Source: Dehalococcoidia bacterium UBA6803
GTDB lineage: Bacteria > Chloroflexota > Dehalococcoidia > GIF9 > AB-539-J10
Direction: 5' to 3'
DNA length: 42,631 nucleotides
NCBI GenBank assembly: GCA_002452795.1
Contig: DKFF01000004.1
Span: 1 to 42,631 of the forward strand
The notes beneath the pieces were generated by a model. The model did no database searches. It was not told the DNA's origin and was given only the letters and a program-made list of their open reading frames with translations. Shown here one piece after another: positions 1-9,672 of the stretch. How positions within the stretch are numbered: position 1 is the stretch's first letter; each line of letters begins with the position of its first letter. Both the position numbers and the translations under genes were made by a program.

Positions 1-471
1 GATGGGGACTATCTTTATCCCCTTATAGAGGTGTTGGAGCCAGGGTAACTGGACTTCAACGCTGTGCTCGAATAGATGAGCAGTTTCGTCCGCTTTGATC
101 GTGTCGCCCAGCAAATTGCTGGCAAATTCCTCGTTTATCTCTGCTCTGCCCAGTGGCGTCTCCCAGTATCCCGCTGACCATACGGAGACAGCGGGTCCGT
201 GACCGCTATGATTCGGTCCGATGATTACGGCGGTGTCTATCACACCGTCACGGGCGAGTGCGCTGTAGGCATGAGCGGCCACGGGCCCGGAGTAGCGGTA
301 GCCGGCGTGGGGGACGACAACGGCGAGCAGGTCTCCCGGCCCACTGGCATTTACCGAGGGTAACTCTCCCGGACCCAGCTCATGCCTGTAACACCACGCA
401 AGCTCTTCTTTGAGCCGATCGGGGGAACCCGCATAAAATTGCCCCGCTACCACAGGTTTCCTGATTTTCAT
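1..471 (-). CDS. MEMO1-family protein / AmmeMemoRadiSam system protein B homologue (N-terminal 157 aa; 3' end runs off the window)
   Basis: Not in the ORF track because it is edge-truncated. My own translation from the ATG at 471..469 gives MKIRKPVVAGQFYAGSPDRLKEEL...AVVVPHAGYRYSGPVAAHAY...VIIGPNHSGHG...EHSVEVQLPWLQ. VAGxFY, PHAGYxYSG, GPNH and EHSxExQLP are the family-defining Memo motifs. Confidence 0.85.
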   Translation of the reverse strand, partial: MKIRKPVVAGQFYAGSPDRLKEELAWCYRHELGPGELPSVNASGPGDLLAVVVPHAGYRYSGPVAAHAYSALARDGVIDTAVIIGPNHSGHGPAVSVWSAGYWETPLGRAEINEEFASNLLGDTIKADETAHLFEHSVEVQLPWLQHLYKGIKIVPI

Positions 472-484
472 TGGTTCCGTTTCC

Positions 485-1195
485 TTAATCAGAAGAGGCT
501 TTCTTTTTCCTGGCCCTGGGTTTAGCTTTTGGTTTGTCCTCTGGCTTGTTTTCAGGCCTGGATTCCTTCCTTTCTTTTTTAAACGAGGGTGTCTGGTGAT
601 CACGAAGCCAGCGATGAATTTCATCAAGAGCGGGAGGATAAACACTGAAAACTTCTATGTCTTTGGCAAATTGCACTCCATGCCCTTCCCTGATAAATAA
701 GAGTCCTGCCTCATTCTCCTTGAGAGTTTCGTTTATTTTCTCCGCTATGAACTCGTACCTTTTTTTAGAGGCTTCGGAATATAGTTCGGAAATTGTATGG
801 GCTACCCTTTTACTGGCAAAACCAAACAGAAAACACCTTTCGCAATCCATAGTTTCTTCAACCAGTTCCCTATCTTCGCTTGCCTCCAGCACCGCCTCTG
901 CCTGACACTTATTTCTGGCTATCTGGCAACTGCTGGTGTTTAAGCTTTCCAGGATATGTAGTCCTTCTTCTCCAGAAGTAGAGAGGAGCTCGTGGTAAAC
1001 CCGGGCGGTTTTGCCGATCTTTGTTTCCAGTTTATCTAGCTGGTCTGTTGTCTGCTGCCAGTATCGGGTAGCCAGTTCGGTATATTCGGGGGGAGCATCT
1101 TTGCCGCAATATACCAGAGGCACCAAATACAGTTTCCTGGTATTTTTGAATGATTCTGCGCTTGGCTTCTTAATTTTTCCTAACTGCTCCGCCAT
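485..1195 (-). CDS. hypothetical protein, 236 aa, cysteine-motif core plus Lys/Pro/Glu-rich basic C-terminal tail
   Basis: ORF track. The ATG lies 2 nt after the stop of the upstream ORF and the stop lies 13 nt before the Memo ATG, so this is an operon. Motifs are C90-x6-C97 and C118-x2-C121. The tail reads KKERKESRPENKPEDKPKAKPRARKKKASSD. I recognise no family. Confidence 0.75.
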   Translation of the reverse strand: MAEQLGKIKKPSAESFKNTRKLYLVPLVYCGKDAPPEYTELATRYWQQTTDQLDKLETKIGKTARVYHELLSTSGEEGLHILESLNTSSCQIARNKCQAEAVLEASEDRELVEETMDCERCFLFGFASKRVAHTISELYSEASKKRYEFIAEKINETLKENEAGLLFIREGHGVQFAKDIEVFSVYPPALDEIHRWLRDHQTPSFKKERKESRPENKPEDKPKAKPRARKKKASSD

Positions 1196-1197
1196 TT

Positions 1198-1518
1198 CTA
1201 TCCGTCCAGCTCCTTTCTTTCGTTGCCCCAGTTCCGCATTAATTCCTTGATTTTTTTAGCAAGCTCAGGGTCTTCCTTGAGACGGCGGGTGAACACCGGA
1301 CAGCTCTGCAGGAGGGAGTCCTGACCGCCTCCGGCTATTCCCTCCATTGCTTTTTCTATTTCACCCCTGGCCGATTCGGGAAGATTTGCTCCCTGTAACA
1401 TCATCCTGAACTGTCCTATGTCCTCGGGATTGACCTGCAGAGGGGTGAGGCAGTTCTTATACCAGGGACATTCTCTGCACCGGATAAGCGCTGAAGCTTC
1501 GTCTAAAATATCACTCAT
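1198..1518 (-). CDS. hypothetical small cysteine-motif protein, 106 aa
   Basis: ORF track. SD-like AAGGGAGG sits about 11 nt upstream of the [14 protein letters not shown] gives C-x2-C-x5-C, with a distal cysteine in SCPVF. I recognise no family. Confidence 0.7.
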   Translation of the reverse strand: MSDILDEASALIRCRECPWYKNCLTPLQVNPEDIGQFRMMLQGANLPESARGEIEKAMEGIAGGGQDSLLQSCPVFTRRLKEDPELAKKIKELMRNWGNERKELDG

Positions 1519-1782
1519 AAAATTGTTGCCTCCCTTTAACTACGTTATCTATTTTATCATTCCTGGAGGTAATTTTTAACTTTGACCCTTCCCCATTTTA
1601 CAGGCCAATGGCAAGTAGAGGTTTCCCTCTTTTTGAATTTGAGTGAATTTTCTTGCTTCCAGGACAAAAACCATCTCACCAAGGGTAACAGGCGTTCGTC
1701 AATATTGCTTCGGCCGCAAATCGCTTTAGAATAGGTTCAATGGGAAGCACTTCTCATTTCGGTAACTCCAAGGCCCTAAACG

Positions 1783-4461
1783 TTATTGAAGATCTAGAGT
1801 TACTTTATACTCTTCCGGAGAAAATCTTTCTACAGAAAAGCCTAATCTTCGGGCCAAGTCAACCATTCTCAAATTGGCATTTGACACAATCCCATAAATG
1901 CTCTGCAAGCCTTTCTCTTTTGCTATCCCTATCAGCATATCTGTAAGCTTTAATCCCAACCCTTTATCAACAAAATCATCAGCAACTAGAATCGCAAATT
2001 CGGCCGTTCTGCTATCAGGTTGAACCAATAGCCTGCTGACCCCAACGCTTCTCCTCTCTCCACTAGCGGTATATTCAGCCATAATTGCCATCTCTCGATC
2101 ATAATCAATGTTGCAAAATCTAGTCAACATATCGTGCGTTAACTTATTAATTATACAGAAGAACCTGTATCTCATAGCCTCTGGACTCAGATTCTCTATA
2201 AGGCCCCTCTCCAATATCTCGTCTTCCGGCCTGATAGGCCTCAAAAGTACAGGCCTCCCGTCTTTACATGTCCATGGGAGAATATACTTTGTAGGGTATG
2301 GAGATATTATCAAGTGACTACCCTCATAAACTTCTTGTCCCGCTGCTATATTTTTGCCAACAACAATGCGCGCGTCAAGAGCTGTGATAATCCCGTCTTT
2401 TACCGCCAGCGGATTGATATCAATTTCTTGAATTTCGGGGAAATCAATCACCATATCCGAAACCTTCACCATAACCTCATCCAGTAACTGCAAATTAATA
2501 GATGGCTTATTGCGAAATCCCTTGGATAACATTTCATAGATATCGGTCTGCTCCATCAATCTCCTGGCTAACACCTGATTTAGAGGAGGCAATCCTACCG
2601 CAACATCCTTAAAGTACTCTGTCTCCACTCCTCCTCGGCCAAACATTATCACAGGGCCAAAAATAGGATCTCTGCTGTTGCCAACAATAAGCTCATAATC
2701 GGGATCGGAAACCATTTTCTGAATACTGACACCTTCAATCCTGGCATTATGACTGCATTCACTAACCCGTTCCATCATCTTAGCAAAAGCCTCCTCCACT
2801 TTTTGATCGGAGGAGATATTCAATATGACCCCTCCCACATCCGACTTGTGGCTAATATCAGGAGAGACTATTTTCATTGCTACGGGATAGCCAATTCTCG
2901 ATGCCAACCTGACGGCGTCGGCGGCATTTTCCGCAAAATGAGGAACTGTGGTAGCAATTCTATACGTCGACAAGAACTTCTTCGATTCCTCCTCAGATAA
3001 AAATGCCCTCCCCTCCCGCAGTGTCCTGTTAATAAAAAGACTAAGGTGATTACGGGCAGCCCCCGTACACAAAGGCAACTCGGACGGAGTCTCATACAAC
3101 ATCTCCAAGTTGCGAGCATACTGGTGCATATACAGATACGTTTTGATAGCTTGTTCAGGAAAATTGTAAGTAGGGATTTGATTCTTGCAAAAAAGACGTC
3201 TTGCCCCAGACACTTCTTCTTCTCCTATCAATGCCGTCAAAATAGGTTTATCTTCCCTTTTTGCACATTTGACAATAGCTTTCGCCAGTTCAACAGGATT
3301 AGCACTACCTTGGGGAGTATATATAACTAAAACCCCATTCACCCCAGGATCTTTAGCGACAACATCAATTGCTTTTCCATATCTCTGGTTGTCGGCATCT
3401 CCCAAAATATCAACTGGATTAGTTTTACTCCAACTCGGAGGAAGAAACTTGTCCAAAGCCGCGATAGTACTATCGCTAAGCTGAGCTAGCTTCCCCTTCC
3501 CGTTTATTAGGGCGTCCACAGTTAACACGGCGGGCCCTCCGGCATTAGTTATTATGGCTAAGTTTGGGCCTTTAGGTAACCGTGCGGAATCTAAAATAGA
3601 GGCACAATCAAAGAGATCTTCAATCTTTTCCACTCTCACGATGCCAGCCCTGCGAAAAACCGCTTCATAATATAGATCTTTCCCCACTATAGCCCCTGTA
3701 TGGGTCTTCGCCGCAGCCACACTCTCCTGTGACCTGCCTGGCTTGATCACAATAATAGGCTTTGATTTGGCAAAACCTCGGGCAGCGCCTATAAATTTTC
3801 TGACATTTCCTATAGACTCTAAATAAATGAGAATGCTCCTGGTCTTAGGATCTTGTCCGAGGTAATCTATCAGGTCGGCAAAATCCACATCCAACATGGA
3901 GCCAAGAGAAACAAAAGCACTGAACCCTAATTTCTTGCCGCTCGCCCAATCGAGAACGCCGGATCCCAATGCCCCACTCTGAGACAGAAAAGCCACATTT
4001 CCTGCTGCAGGTATTTTTCTGGCAAATGTCCCGTTTATGTGAGCACTGGGCCTTATTATGCCCATACAATTTGGTCCCAGCACTCTAATGCCATATTTTC
4101 TTGCTATTTTGATTATCTCGTCTTCGCGTTTTTTCCCTTCTTCTCCTATCTCCTTAAAACCAGCCGAGATAATAACTATCGATTTAATTCCAAATTCTCC
4201 GCAGTCTTGAACTACCTCGGAAACAGTCTTGGCGGGCGTTACAATGATGACAAGATCGGGAATCTCAGGAAGGCAACTTACCTTCGGATAACATTTTAGA
4301 CCAAGAACTGTCTCTCTATTGGGATTCACCGTATATACCCTGCAAGTACATTCAGGCAATAATAGGTTATCTAAAATTATCCGGCCCGGTGCCCCATCTT
4401 TCTCCGTTGCCCCTACTAAAGCTATGCTATCAGGATTGAAGAACTTCTTGATCCTTTCCAT
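1783..4461 (-). CDS. bifunctional acetate--CoA ligase (ADP-forming)-like / GNAT N-acetyltransferase (Pat/PatZ-type protein lysine acetyltransferase architecture)
   Basis: 892 aa. N-terminal CoA-binding start is SIALVGATEKDGAPGR. A succinyl-CoA-synthetase-like flavodoxin region contains SQSGALG, and an ATP-grasp region contains YPVAMKIVSPDISHKSDVGGV. The C-terminal ~190 aa are GNAT-like (LRPIRPEDE...FAILVADDFVDKGLG). SD AAGGAGGGG lies upstream. Confidence 0.85.
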   Translation of the reverse strand: MERIKKFFNPDSIALVGATEKDGAPGRIILDNLLLPECTCRVYTVNPNRETVLGLKCYPKVSCLPEIPDLVIIVTPAKTVSEVVQDCGEFGIKSIVIISAGFKEIGEEGKKREDEIIKIARKYGIRVLGPNCMGIIRPSAHINGTFARKIPAAGNVAFLSQSGALGSGVLDWASGKKLGFSAFVSLGSMLDVDFADLIDYLGQDPKTRSILIYLESIGNVRKFIGAARGFAKSKPIIVIKPGRSQESVAAAKTHTGAIVGKDLYYEAVFRRAGIVRVEKIEDLFDCASILDSARLPKGPNLAIITNAGGPAVLTVDALINGKGKLAQLSDSTIAALDKFLPPSWSKTNPVDILGDADNQRYGKAIDVVAKDPGVNGVLVIYTPQGSANPVELAKAIVKCAKREDKPILTALIGEEEVSGARRLFCKNQIPTYNFPEQAIKTYLYMHQYARNLEMLYETPSELPLCTGAARNHLSLFINRTLREGRAFLSEEESKKFLSTYRIATTVPHFAENAADAVRLASRIGYPVAMKIVSPDISHKSDVGGVILNISSDQKVEEAFAKMMERVSECSHNARIEGVSIQKMVSDPDYELIVGNSRDPIFGPVIMFGRGGVETEYFKDVAVGLPPLNQVLARRLMEQTDIYEMLSKGFRNKPSINLQLLDEVMVKVSDMVIDFPEIQEIDINPLAVKDGIITALDARIVVGKNIAAGQEVYEGSHLIISPYPTKYILPWTCKDGRPVLLRPIRPEDEILERGLIENLSPEAMRYRFFCIINKLTHDMLTRFCNIDYDREMAIMAEYTASGERRSVGVSRLLVQPDSRTAEFAILVADDFVDKGLGLKLTDMLIGIAKEKGLQSIYGIVSNANLRMVDLARRLGFSVERFSPEEYKVTLDLQ

Positions 4462-4670
4462 CTTTACGTCCCCTCCTTTTCATCTTGCTGGCATCTAAAC
4501 AAAAAGACCTCCTGAAATATAGCTAGACGGCACGCCACGCCTTGACAATCCCGGTCAGGGAAAACCAGAATTGCTATTCTTGCTTAGTCGCAAACATTGT
4601 AACACGACGCAACAATACTAAACTATTTAACTACTGTATATGAGTTTTTACCTCCACTCGGAAATTTATA

Positions 4671-4747
4671 TGGTCGGGGTGAGAGGATTTGAACCTCCGA
4701 CCACCTGAACCCCATTCAGGTGCGCTACCAGGCTGCGCTACACCCCG
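4671..4747 (-). tRNA. tRNA-Pro (anticodon GGG)
   Basis: The reverse complement folds as a cloverleaf. Acceptor stem CGGGGTG/CACCCCG is followed by discriminator A and an encoded CCA. D stem is GCGC/GCGC. Anticodon stem CCTGA/TCAGG carries loop A-T-GGG-G-T (U33, G37). The T arm is GGAGG-TTCAAAT-CCTCT. Confidence 0.9.
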
Positions 4748-4835
4748 ACACCTCATCCTTCGCAGTTTATGTTATCATAGCGAGGGCATAGCGACAACAA
4801 AGATATTCTTTATGTAGGACAAGGAGGGGAAGCTT

Positions 4836-6104
4836 TTGAAGGGCAAAAGAGATAAGCAGCATGACGGCGATAAAGTTATAAATCGTCCACCTTCGCGCTG
4901 GCAAAAAGAGAGCATTTTGCGGCGGAGGATTATTATTGGCGGCATAGTTTTTCTCGTGGGGGTTTTGGGGTATGTAGGCTATGGTTATTATGACGACAAT
5001 GTAAGACCTTATCGTGAAGTCGTGTTGAAGGTGAATGAGACATCAATCCGCATGGAGGATTATATTAATTCGTTATATGTCTATTTCATGGGGTCACCAA
5101 TGGATACGAATCCTTATGGAAAAGCGAATGAAATTGCCGATTGGCTCAAAGAGGAGGAGTTGATTCGCCAGGGATGCCAGGAACTGGGGATTTCCGTTGC
5201 CGATAGCGAAATAGATAAGACGATGCAGGAGTATAAGGACCACGGCATTCCTGACAACGAGGCGTTCAGGAATTACATAGTTGGTGCTTTGCGCTGGGAT
5301 AAGCTTATGGAGCATTTTGAATCCCTGTTGCCTGACACGATGGAGCAGGTTAATATGCAGGTGATTTTTACGGAGAGTGAGCAGAAAGCTACAGAGGTGG
5401 AGGCCAGGATTGAAGCTGGTGATGATTTTGTTGCCTTGTTGCGGGAGTTTTCCTATCGCTACGACGCCGAGGACGAAAGCAGTGTGGATCCTGTCTGGTA
5501 TCTGCGCGAGCTGTTGCCTGAAGCTGTTGCCGGTGTCTTTGATTTAGAATATGGACAGGCTAGCGAGCCTCTTTACGACGGGACGGGAGTAAAGAGTTTT
5601 GGTTACTGGCTCATTGGGGTCATTGAGAGGGACGAGGAGAAGGGGGTGAATGTCCGTGGCATGTTGTTGGGCAGCATGGAGGAGGCGGAGGAAATAAAGG
5701 CGCGTCTGGATGGTGGCGAGGATTTTGCGGCTCTGGCCCGGGAGTATTCCCAGTTAATTGGAGTGGAGGAGAACGGTGGAGAGCTTGGCTGGATAAAACA
5801 GGATATGGTGAGCGAGGTTTTTTATGAAGCCGCCGATGCTCTTTCTATCGGAAAAGTGAGTCAACCGGTGAAGGATGAAGCCGTCCAGACCAGTGGTGAA
5901 TACTGGACAGTGAAAGTTTTGGAGAAGGATTCTGACCGTGAGGTGGAGGAGAGCACCAGGGAGCTTTTGAAATGGAAGCGTTATAGTGACTGGATGCAGT
6001 CTTTGGGAGAGGATAGCATTGTTGAGAACTACTTGGACGGCGAGAAACAGATATGGGCGGTGGACAAGGCATACGAGAGGGTGATGAGAGACCTTGGCTA
6101 TTAA
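4836..6104 (+). CDS. membrane-anchored parvulin-type peptidyl-prolyl isomerase (SurA/PrsA-like)
   Basis: TTG start with SD AAGGAGGGG upstream. N-terminal TM segment is IIIGGIVFLVGVLGYVGYGYY. The C-terminal rotamase-like region reads DFAALAREYSQ...GGELGWIKQDMVSEVFYEAADALSIGKVSQPV, preceded by a degenerate copy. Confidence 0.8.
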   Translation: MKGKRDKQHDGDKVINRPPSRWQKESILRRRIIIGGIVFLVGVLGYVGYGYYDDNVRPYREVVLKVNETSIRMEDYINSLYVYFMGSPMDTNPYGKANEIADWLKEEELIRQGCQELGISVADSEIDKTMQEYKDHGIPDNEAFRNYIVGALRWDKLMEHFESLLPDTMEQVNMQVIFTESEQKATEVEARIEAGDDFVALLREFSYRYDAEDESSVDPVWYLRELLPEAVAGVFDLEYGQASEPLYDGTGVKSFGYWLIGVIERDEEKGVNVRGMLLGSMEEAEEIKARLDGGEDFAALAREYSQLIGVEENGGELGWIKQDMVSEVFYEAADALSIGKVSQPVKDEAVQTSGEYWTVKVLEKDSDREVEESTRELLKWKRYSDWMQSLGEDSIVENYLDGEKQIWAVDKAYERVMRDLGY

Positions 6105-7395
6105 TAAGGATACAACCAATATAGGGCTTCTGGGCCTGGGTGTGGTAGGTAGCGCTGTAGCAGCAGTTTTGCGGGATAAGGCGGATATGCTGGCCGAGCA
6201 GGCTGGTGTAACCTTTTCTTTGCAGAAAGCGCTGGTGCGGGATCTCGCTAAGCCGCGGCCCGGCGAGATAAAGGCAGGGTTGTTGACAGACGATGTCCGG
6301 AAGGTTATTGCTGACCCTGCAATTGACATAATAATTGAGCTTATGGGAGGGGAACAGCCCGCGCTGGGGTATATCAAGGAAGCCATTATGAGGGGAAAGC
6401 ATGTGGTTACGGCCAACAAAGAGGTGATGGCTAAGTATGGTTATGAATTGTTGTCTCTGGCGAAAGAGTATAATGTCCAGCTTCGTTACGAGGCGAGTGT
6501 AGGGGGTGGCATACCACTTATAGTTCCTTTTGAGCAAAGCCTGTCTGCCAACGATGTCTCGGCTATTTACGCTATTCTTAATGGCACGACGAACTATATT
6601 TTAACCAGGATGTCCCGGGACGGGCTGGACTTTGCGGTGGCTTTACGGAGAGCGCAGGAGTTGGGGTATGCCGAGGCCGAGCCGGTCAATGATATTGAAG
6701 GCGTGGATGCTGCTTATAAACTGGCTATTCTGGCAGGGTTGGCGTTTCATGTTCGTGTTAATCCGCAGAATATATATCGGGAAGGAATTTCTCATCTTGA
6801 AGCCAGGGATTTTCGCTATGCTGAGGAGTTTGGATATGCTATCAAGCTTCTGGCGATAGCCAAACGGGAAAAAGGGGCTCTTGATATACGGGTGCACCCT
6901 GTATTGATCCCGGAGGACTCTCAGCTTGCCAAAGTGGATGGCGTTTATAACGCCGTTCAGGTGGAGGGGGATTTAATTGGCAGGGTGGTTTTTTATGGAG
7001 AGGGTGCAGGGGCATTGCCGACCGCCAGTGCTGTCATGGCCGATGTGCTGGCGGTATCCAAAAATAGATGTTGTCAGGAAAAAGAATTTTCACAGCGGCT
7101 GGTAATACGTGACCTTGTTATGAAACCTGTTACTGAGATAGAATCATGTTATTATCTCCGGTTGAGTGCGGCTGATTGCGCGGGCGTGTTGGCCCAGATC
7201 TCCCGTGTACTGGGCGATAATGCTATCAGCATTGCTTCAGTGGTTCAGAAGGAAAGCGATCCGGCGACAAAGTCCGCTGAGATTGTGGTGATGACTCATC
7301 TTGCCATGGAGAAGGCGTTGCGAAAAGCCATTGAGGAACTGGAGTGTTTAGACGTGGTCAAGAAAATCTCTAATTTCATCAGGGTGGAAGCATGA
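6094..7395 (+). CDS. hom: homoserine dehydrogenase
   Basis: Motifs [13 protein letters not shown] (NAD fold), [11 protein letters not shown] and [22 protein letters not shown], plus a C-terminal ACT-like domain. TTG start overlaps the upstream gene by 11 nt. Confidence 0.93.
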   Translation: MAINKDTTNIGLLGLGVVGSAVAAVLRDKADMLAEQAGVTFSLQKALVRDLAKPRPGEIKAGLLTDDVRKVIADPAIDIIIELMGGEQPALGYIKEAIMRGKHVVTANKEVMAKYGYELLSLAKEYNVQLRYEASVGGGIPLIVPFEQSLSANDVSAIYAILNGTTNYILTRMSRDGLDFAVALRRAQELGYAEAEPVNDIEGVDAAYKLAILAGLAFHVRVNPQNIYREGISHLEARDFRYAEEFGYAIKLLAIAKREKGALDIRVHPVLIPEDSQLAKVDGVYNAVQVEGDLIGRVVFYGEGAGALPTASAVMADVLAVSKNRCCQEKEFSQRLVIRDLVMKPVTEIESCYYLRLSAADCAGVLAQISRVLGDNAISIASVVQKESDPATKSAEIVVMTHLAMEKALRKAIEELECLDVVKKISNFIRVEA

Positions 7396-8450
7396 AACAG
7401 GGAGTTTTGCAGAGATATCGGGAATTTTTGCCTGTTTCCTCAAATACTCCCATGGTTACGTTGGGGGAAGGGGATACTCCCTTAATCAAGTCACGAACGC
7501 TGGGCAAGGAGCTTGGTTGTGGCGAATTACATTTTAAGTTTGAAGGGTGTAACCCTACGGGCTCATTTAAGGATCGTGGCATGGTGATGGCGGTGGCCAA
7601 GGCGGTGGAAGAAGGCAATTCTACTATCATGTGTGCCTCTACGGGAAACACCAGCGCCTCGGCGGCTGCTTATGGAGCCAGGGTTGGGCTCAGGACTATT
7701 GTTGTTATTCCTAAAGGGAAGATAGCTTTAGGAAAACTTGCTCAAGCCATTATCTATGGCGCTCGGATTGTTTCTATAGATGGTAATTTTGACCAGGCGC
7801 TTCAGATAGTGCGGGCGTTGACCGAGAAGTATCCTGTGGTACTGGTTAATTCGCTTAATCCTTACCGCATTGAGGGGCAGAAGACGGCTGCGTTTGAGAT
7901 CGTGGATACGCTGGGCGATGCGCCCGACTATCTCTTTATCCCGGTGGGGAATGCGGGCAATATTACGGCTTATTGGAAGGGGTTTGTCGAATATCATGGA
8001 GTCGGCAAAGCGGACCATACCCCGAAGATGATGGGTTTTCAGGCAGAGGGAGCGGCTCCTATCGTCAGGGGGAGGGTGATCGACGATCCGCAGACTATTG
8101 CTACCGCTATCCGCATTGGCAATCCTGCCAGCTGGCGGCGGGCGGAGTTGGCCAGAGACGAGTCTGGTGGAGTAATTGACATGGTCAGCGACGAGGAAAT
8201 CCTGCAGGCTTATCGTATGGTAGCTGCGAAGGAAGGCCTTTTTGTGGAACCAGCCTCGGCGGCCTCTCTGGCCGGACTTGTGAAGCTGACGGGGAAATAC
8301 GATTTCTCCGGCGCGCGTGTGGTTTGTGTTTTCACGGGGACAGGGCTGAAAGACCCTGACGTGCCGGGAAGATTTGCCCAGTCGATCCTGGAATTGCCGG
8401 CCGATTTGTCTACGATCGAGAAGACTCTTGGGTTGAGTAATTCTTCGTAG
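7392..8450 (+). CDS. thrC: threonine synthase
   Basis: PLP-lysine motif [18 protein letters not shown], plus [12 protein letters not shown]. The start and the hom stop overlap as ATGA. Confidence 0.93.
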   Translation: MKQGVLQRYREFLPVSSNTPMVTLGEGDTPLIKSRTLGKELGCGELHFKFEGCNPTGSFKDRGMVMAVAKAVEEGNSTIMCASTGNTSASAAAYGARVGLRTIVVIPKGKIALGKLAQAIIYGARIVSIDGNFDQALQIVRALTEKYPVVLVNSLNPYRIEGQKTAAFEIVDTLGDAPDYLFIPVGNAGNITAYWKGFVEYHGVGKADHTPKMMGFQAEGAAPIVRGRVIDDPQTIATAIRIGNPASWRRAELARDESGGVIDMVSDEEILQAYRMVAAKEGLFVEPASAASLAGLVKLTGKYDFSGARVVCVFTGTGLKDPDVPGRFAQSILELPADLSTIEKTLGLSNSS

Positions 8451-8495
8451 CAAACTTTAATCGTGCGGATACTTTAAATAAAAGGAGACTAAAGA

Positions 8496-9065
8496 ATGGC
8501 GAAAATTGTTACGGAGGATATCGGGGGCTTTAACCACCATTATCCCAAAGTGGCAGCTGTGATTACCGCTAGCGCCGGTGGCAAGGACAGTGCCATGGCG
8601 GCTGCCTGGCATAGTTCTATTTCTTTAAAGCCTCCTCTTTACGGAATTTCCCTTTTCCCCGGGAGGTTCACTTATGAGCTCATGGCGGAAAGCGGAGAGT
8701 TCGGCATTAATTTCCTGCCTTTCGAGAAAGCATCTCTGGTGGCTGCGGCTGGTGGTTTCTCCGGACGTGACTGTGACAAGTTTCAGAGGCTTAGCCTGAT
8801 CAAGGAAAAGCCATTGAAGACGGGAGTGCCCGTGTTGAGAGAAGCTTATGCCGCTTATGAATGCAGAATAGAGGATACCCGGGCATATGGAGACCATCTG
8901 TGGATCGTTGGCAGGATAGTGGCAGTCCATTTCGTAGAGGAGATGCTCGCCGAGAAAAAGAATTTTGATCCTGCCCATGTCAGGCCACTGCTTTACCTTG
9001 GCCTGGATTATTATGCTTCTGCGGATGCAAGCAGCTATCAGCATGTCAGGAGGGGAACCGGTTGA
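8496..9065 (+). CDS. flavin reductase family protein (FMN-binding split-barrel)
   Basis: 189 aa with SD AAAGGAG upstream. Typical layout is [10 protein letters not shown]...[20 protein letters not shown]...[11 protein letters not shown]. Confidence 0.75.
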   Translation: MAKIVTEDIGGFNHHYPKVAAVITASAGGKDSAMAAAWHSSISLKPPLYGISLFPGRFTYELMAESGEFGINFLPFEKASLVAAAGGFSGRDCDKFQRLSLIKEKPLKTGVPVLREAYAAYECRIEDTRAYGDHLWIVGRIVAVHFVEEMLAEKKNFDPAHVRPLLYLGLDYYASADASSYQHVRRGTG

Positions 9066-9628
9066 TCGACCAGGAGAAAATCAGGCAGGCGACAGCTTCT
9101 GTAATCGAGGCGATTGGGGAAGATCCCCGGCGGGAAAGTTTGCTGGATACACCCCGGCGAGTAGCCGAAATGTATGCCGAGCTTTTCTCGGGAATGGATA
9201 TTGACGCAGGAAGGGAGCTCTCCGTGGGCTTTGAGGAAGGGCACCGGGAAATGGTGATCTTGAAAGATATTCCTTTCTACTCTATGTGCGAGCATCATCT
9301 CCTCCCTTTTTATGGGGTTGCCCACGTAGGCTATATTCCCAGCGTTGAGGGCAAAGTAGTGGGTGTGAGCAAGCTGGCCAGGGTGGTGGAGGTTTTTGCC
9401 AAACGTCCACAGCTTCAGGAAAGAATGACGGGCCAGATTGCCGATACTATTTTTGCAGTTTTGAAACCTGATGGCGTGGCTGTGGTTATTCAAGCAGAAC
9501 ACCTGTGTATGATGATGCGGGGCATCAAGAAGCCGGGGGCCAGCGTGGTAACTTCGGCTATGAGGGGAACATTCCGTAGCAAAGCGGTGACGCGATCCGA
9601 GTTCCTCTCCCTTATCCTGGAGAAGTAG
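9062..9628 (+). CDS. folE: GTP cyclohydrolase I (type 1)
   Basis: Motifs [30 protein letters not shown] and [11 protein letters not shown] start overlaps the upstream stop (TTGA). Confidence 0.93.
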   Translation: MIDQEKIRQATASVIEAIGEDPRRESLLDTPRRVAEMYAELFSGMDIDAGRELSVGFEEGHREMVILKDIPFYSMCEHHLLPFYGVAHVGYIPSVEGKVVGVSKLARVVEVFAKRPQLQERMTGQIADTIFAVLKPDGVAVVIQAEHLCMMMRGIKKPGASVVTSAMRGTFRSKAVTRSEFLSLILEK

Positions 9629-9631
9629 CCT

Positions 9632-9653
9632 CCGTTGCTGTTGAGAGCAACGG
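9632..9653. terminator. hairpin between convergent folE and the ABC permease (possible bidirectional terminator)
   Basis: Perfect 8-bp stem CCGTTGCT / AGCAACGG with a 6-nt loop. There is no clear U-tract on either strand. Confidence 0.35.
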
Positions 9654-9672
9654 CAGGGACACCGACTCCTGA

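Noticed and set aside
5754-6537. Two long antisense ORFs (221 and 230 aa) opposite the PPIase and hom genes. Similar ones lie at 7728..8453 (opposite thrC), 10932..11666 (opposite the ABC ATPase), 24608..25207, 27308..27868 and 30034..30567.
   Set aside because: Each lies fully inside a gene with unmistakable family motifs on the other strand. Their translations are low-complexity (rich in Ser, Arg, Pro and Leu) with no motifs or SD sequences. They are typical shadow ORFs.
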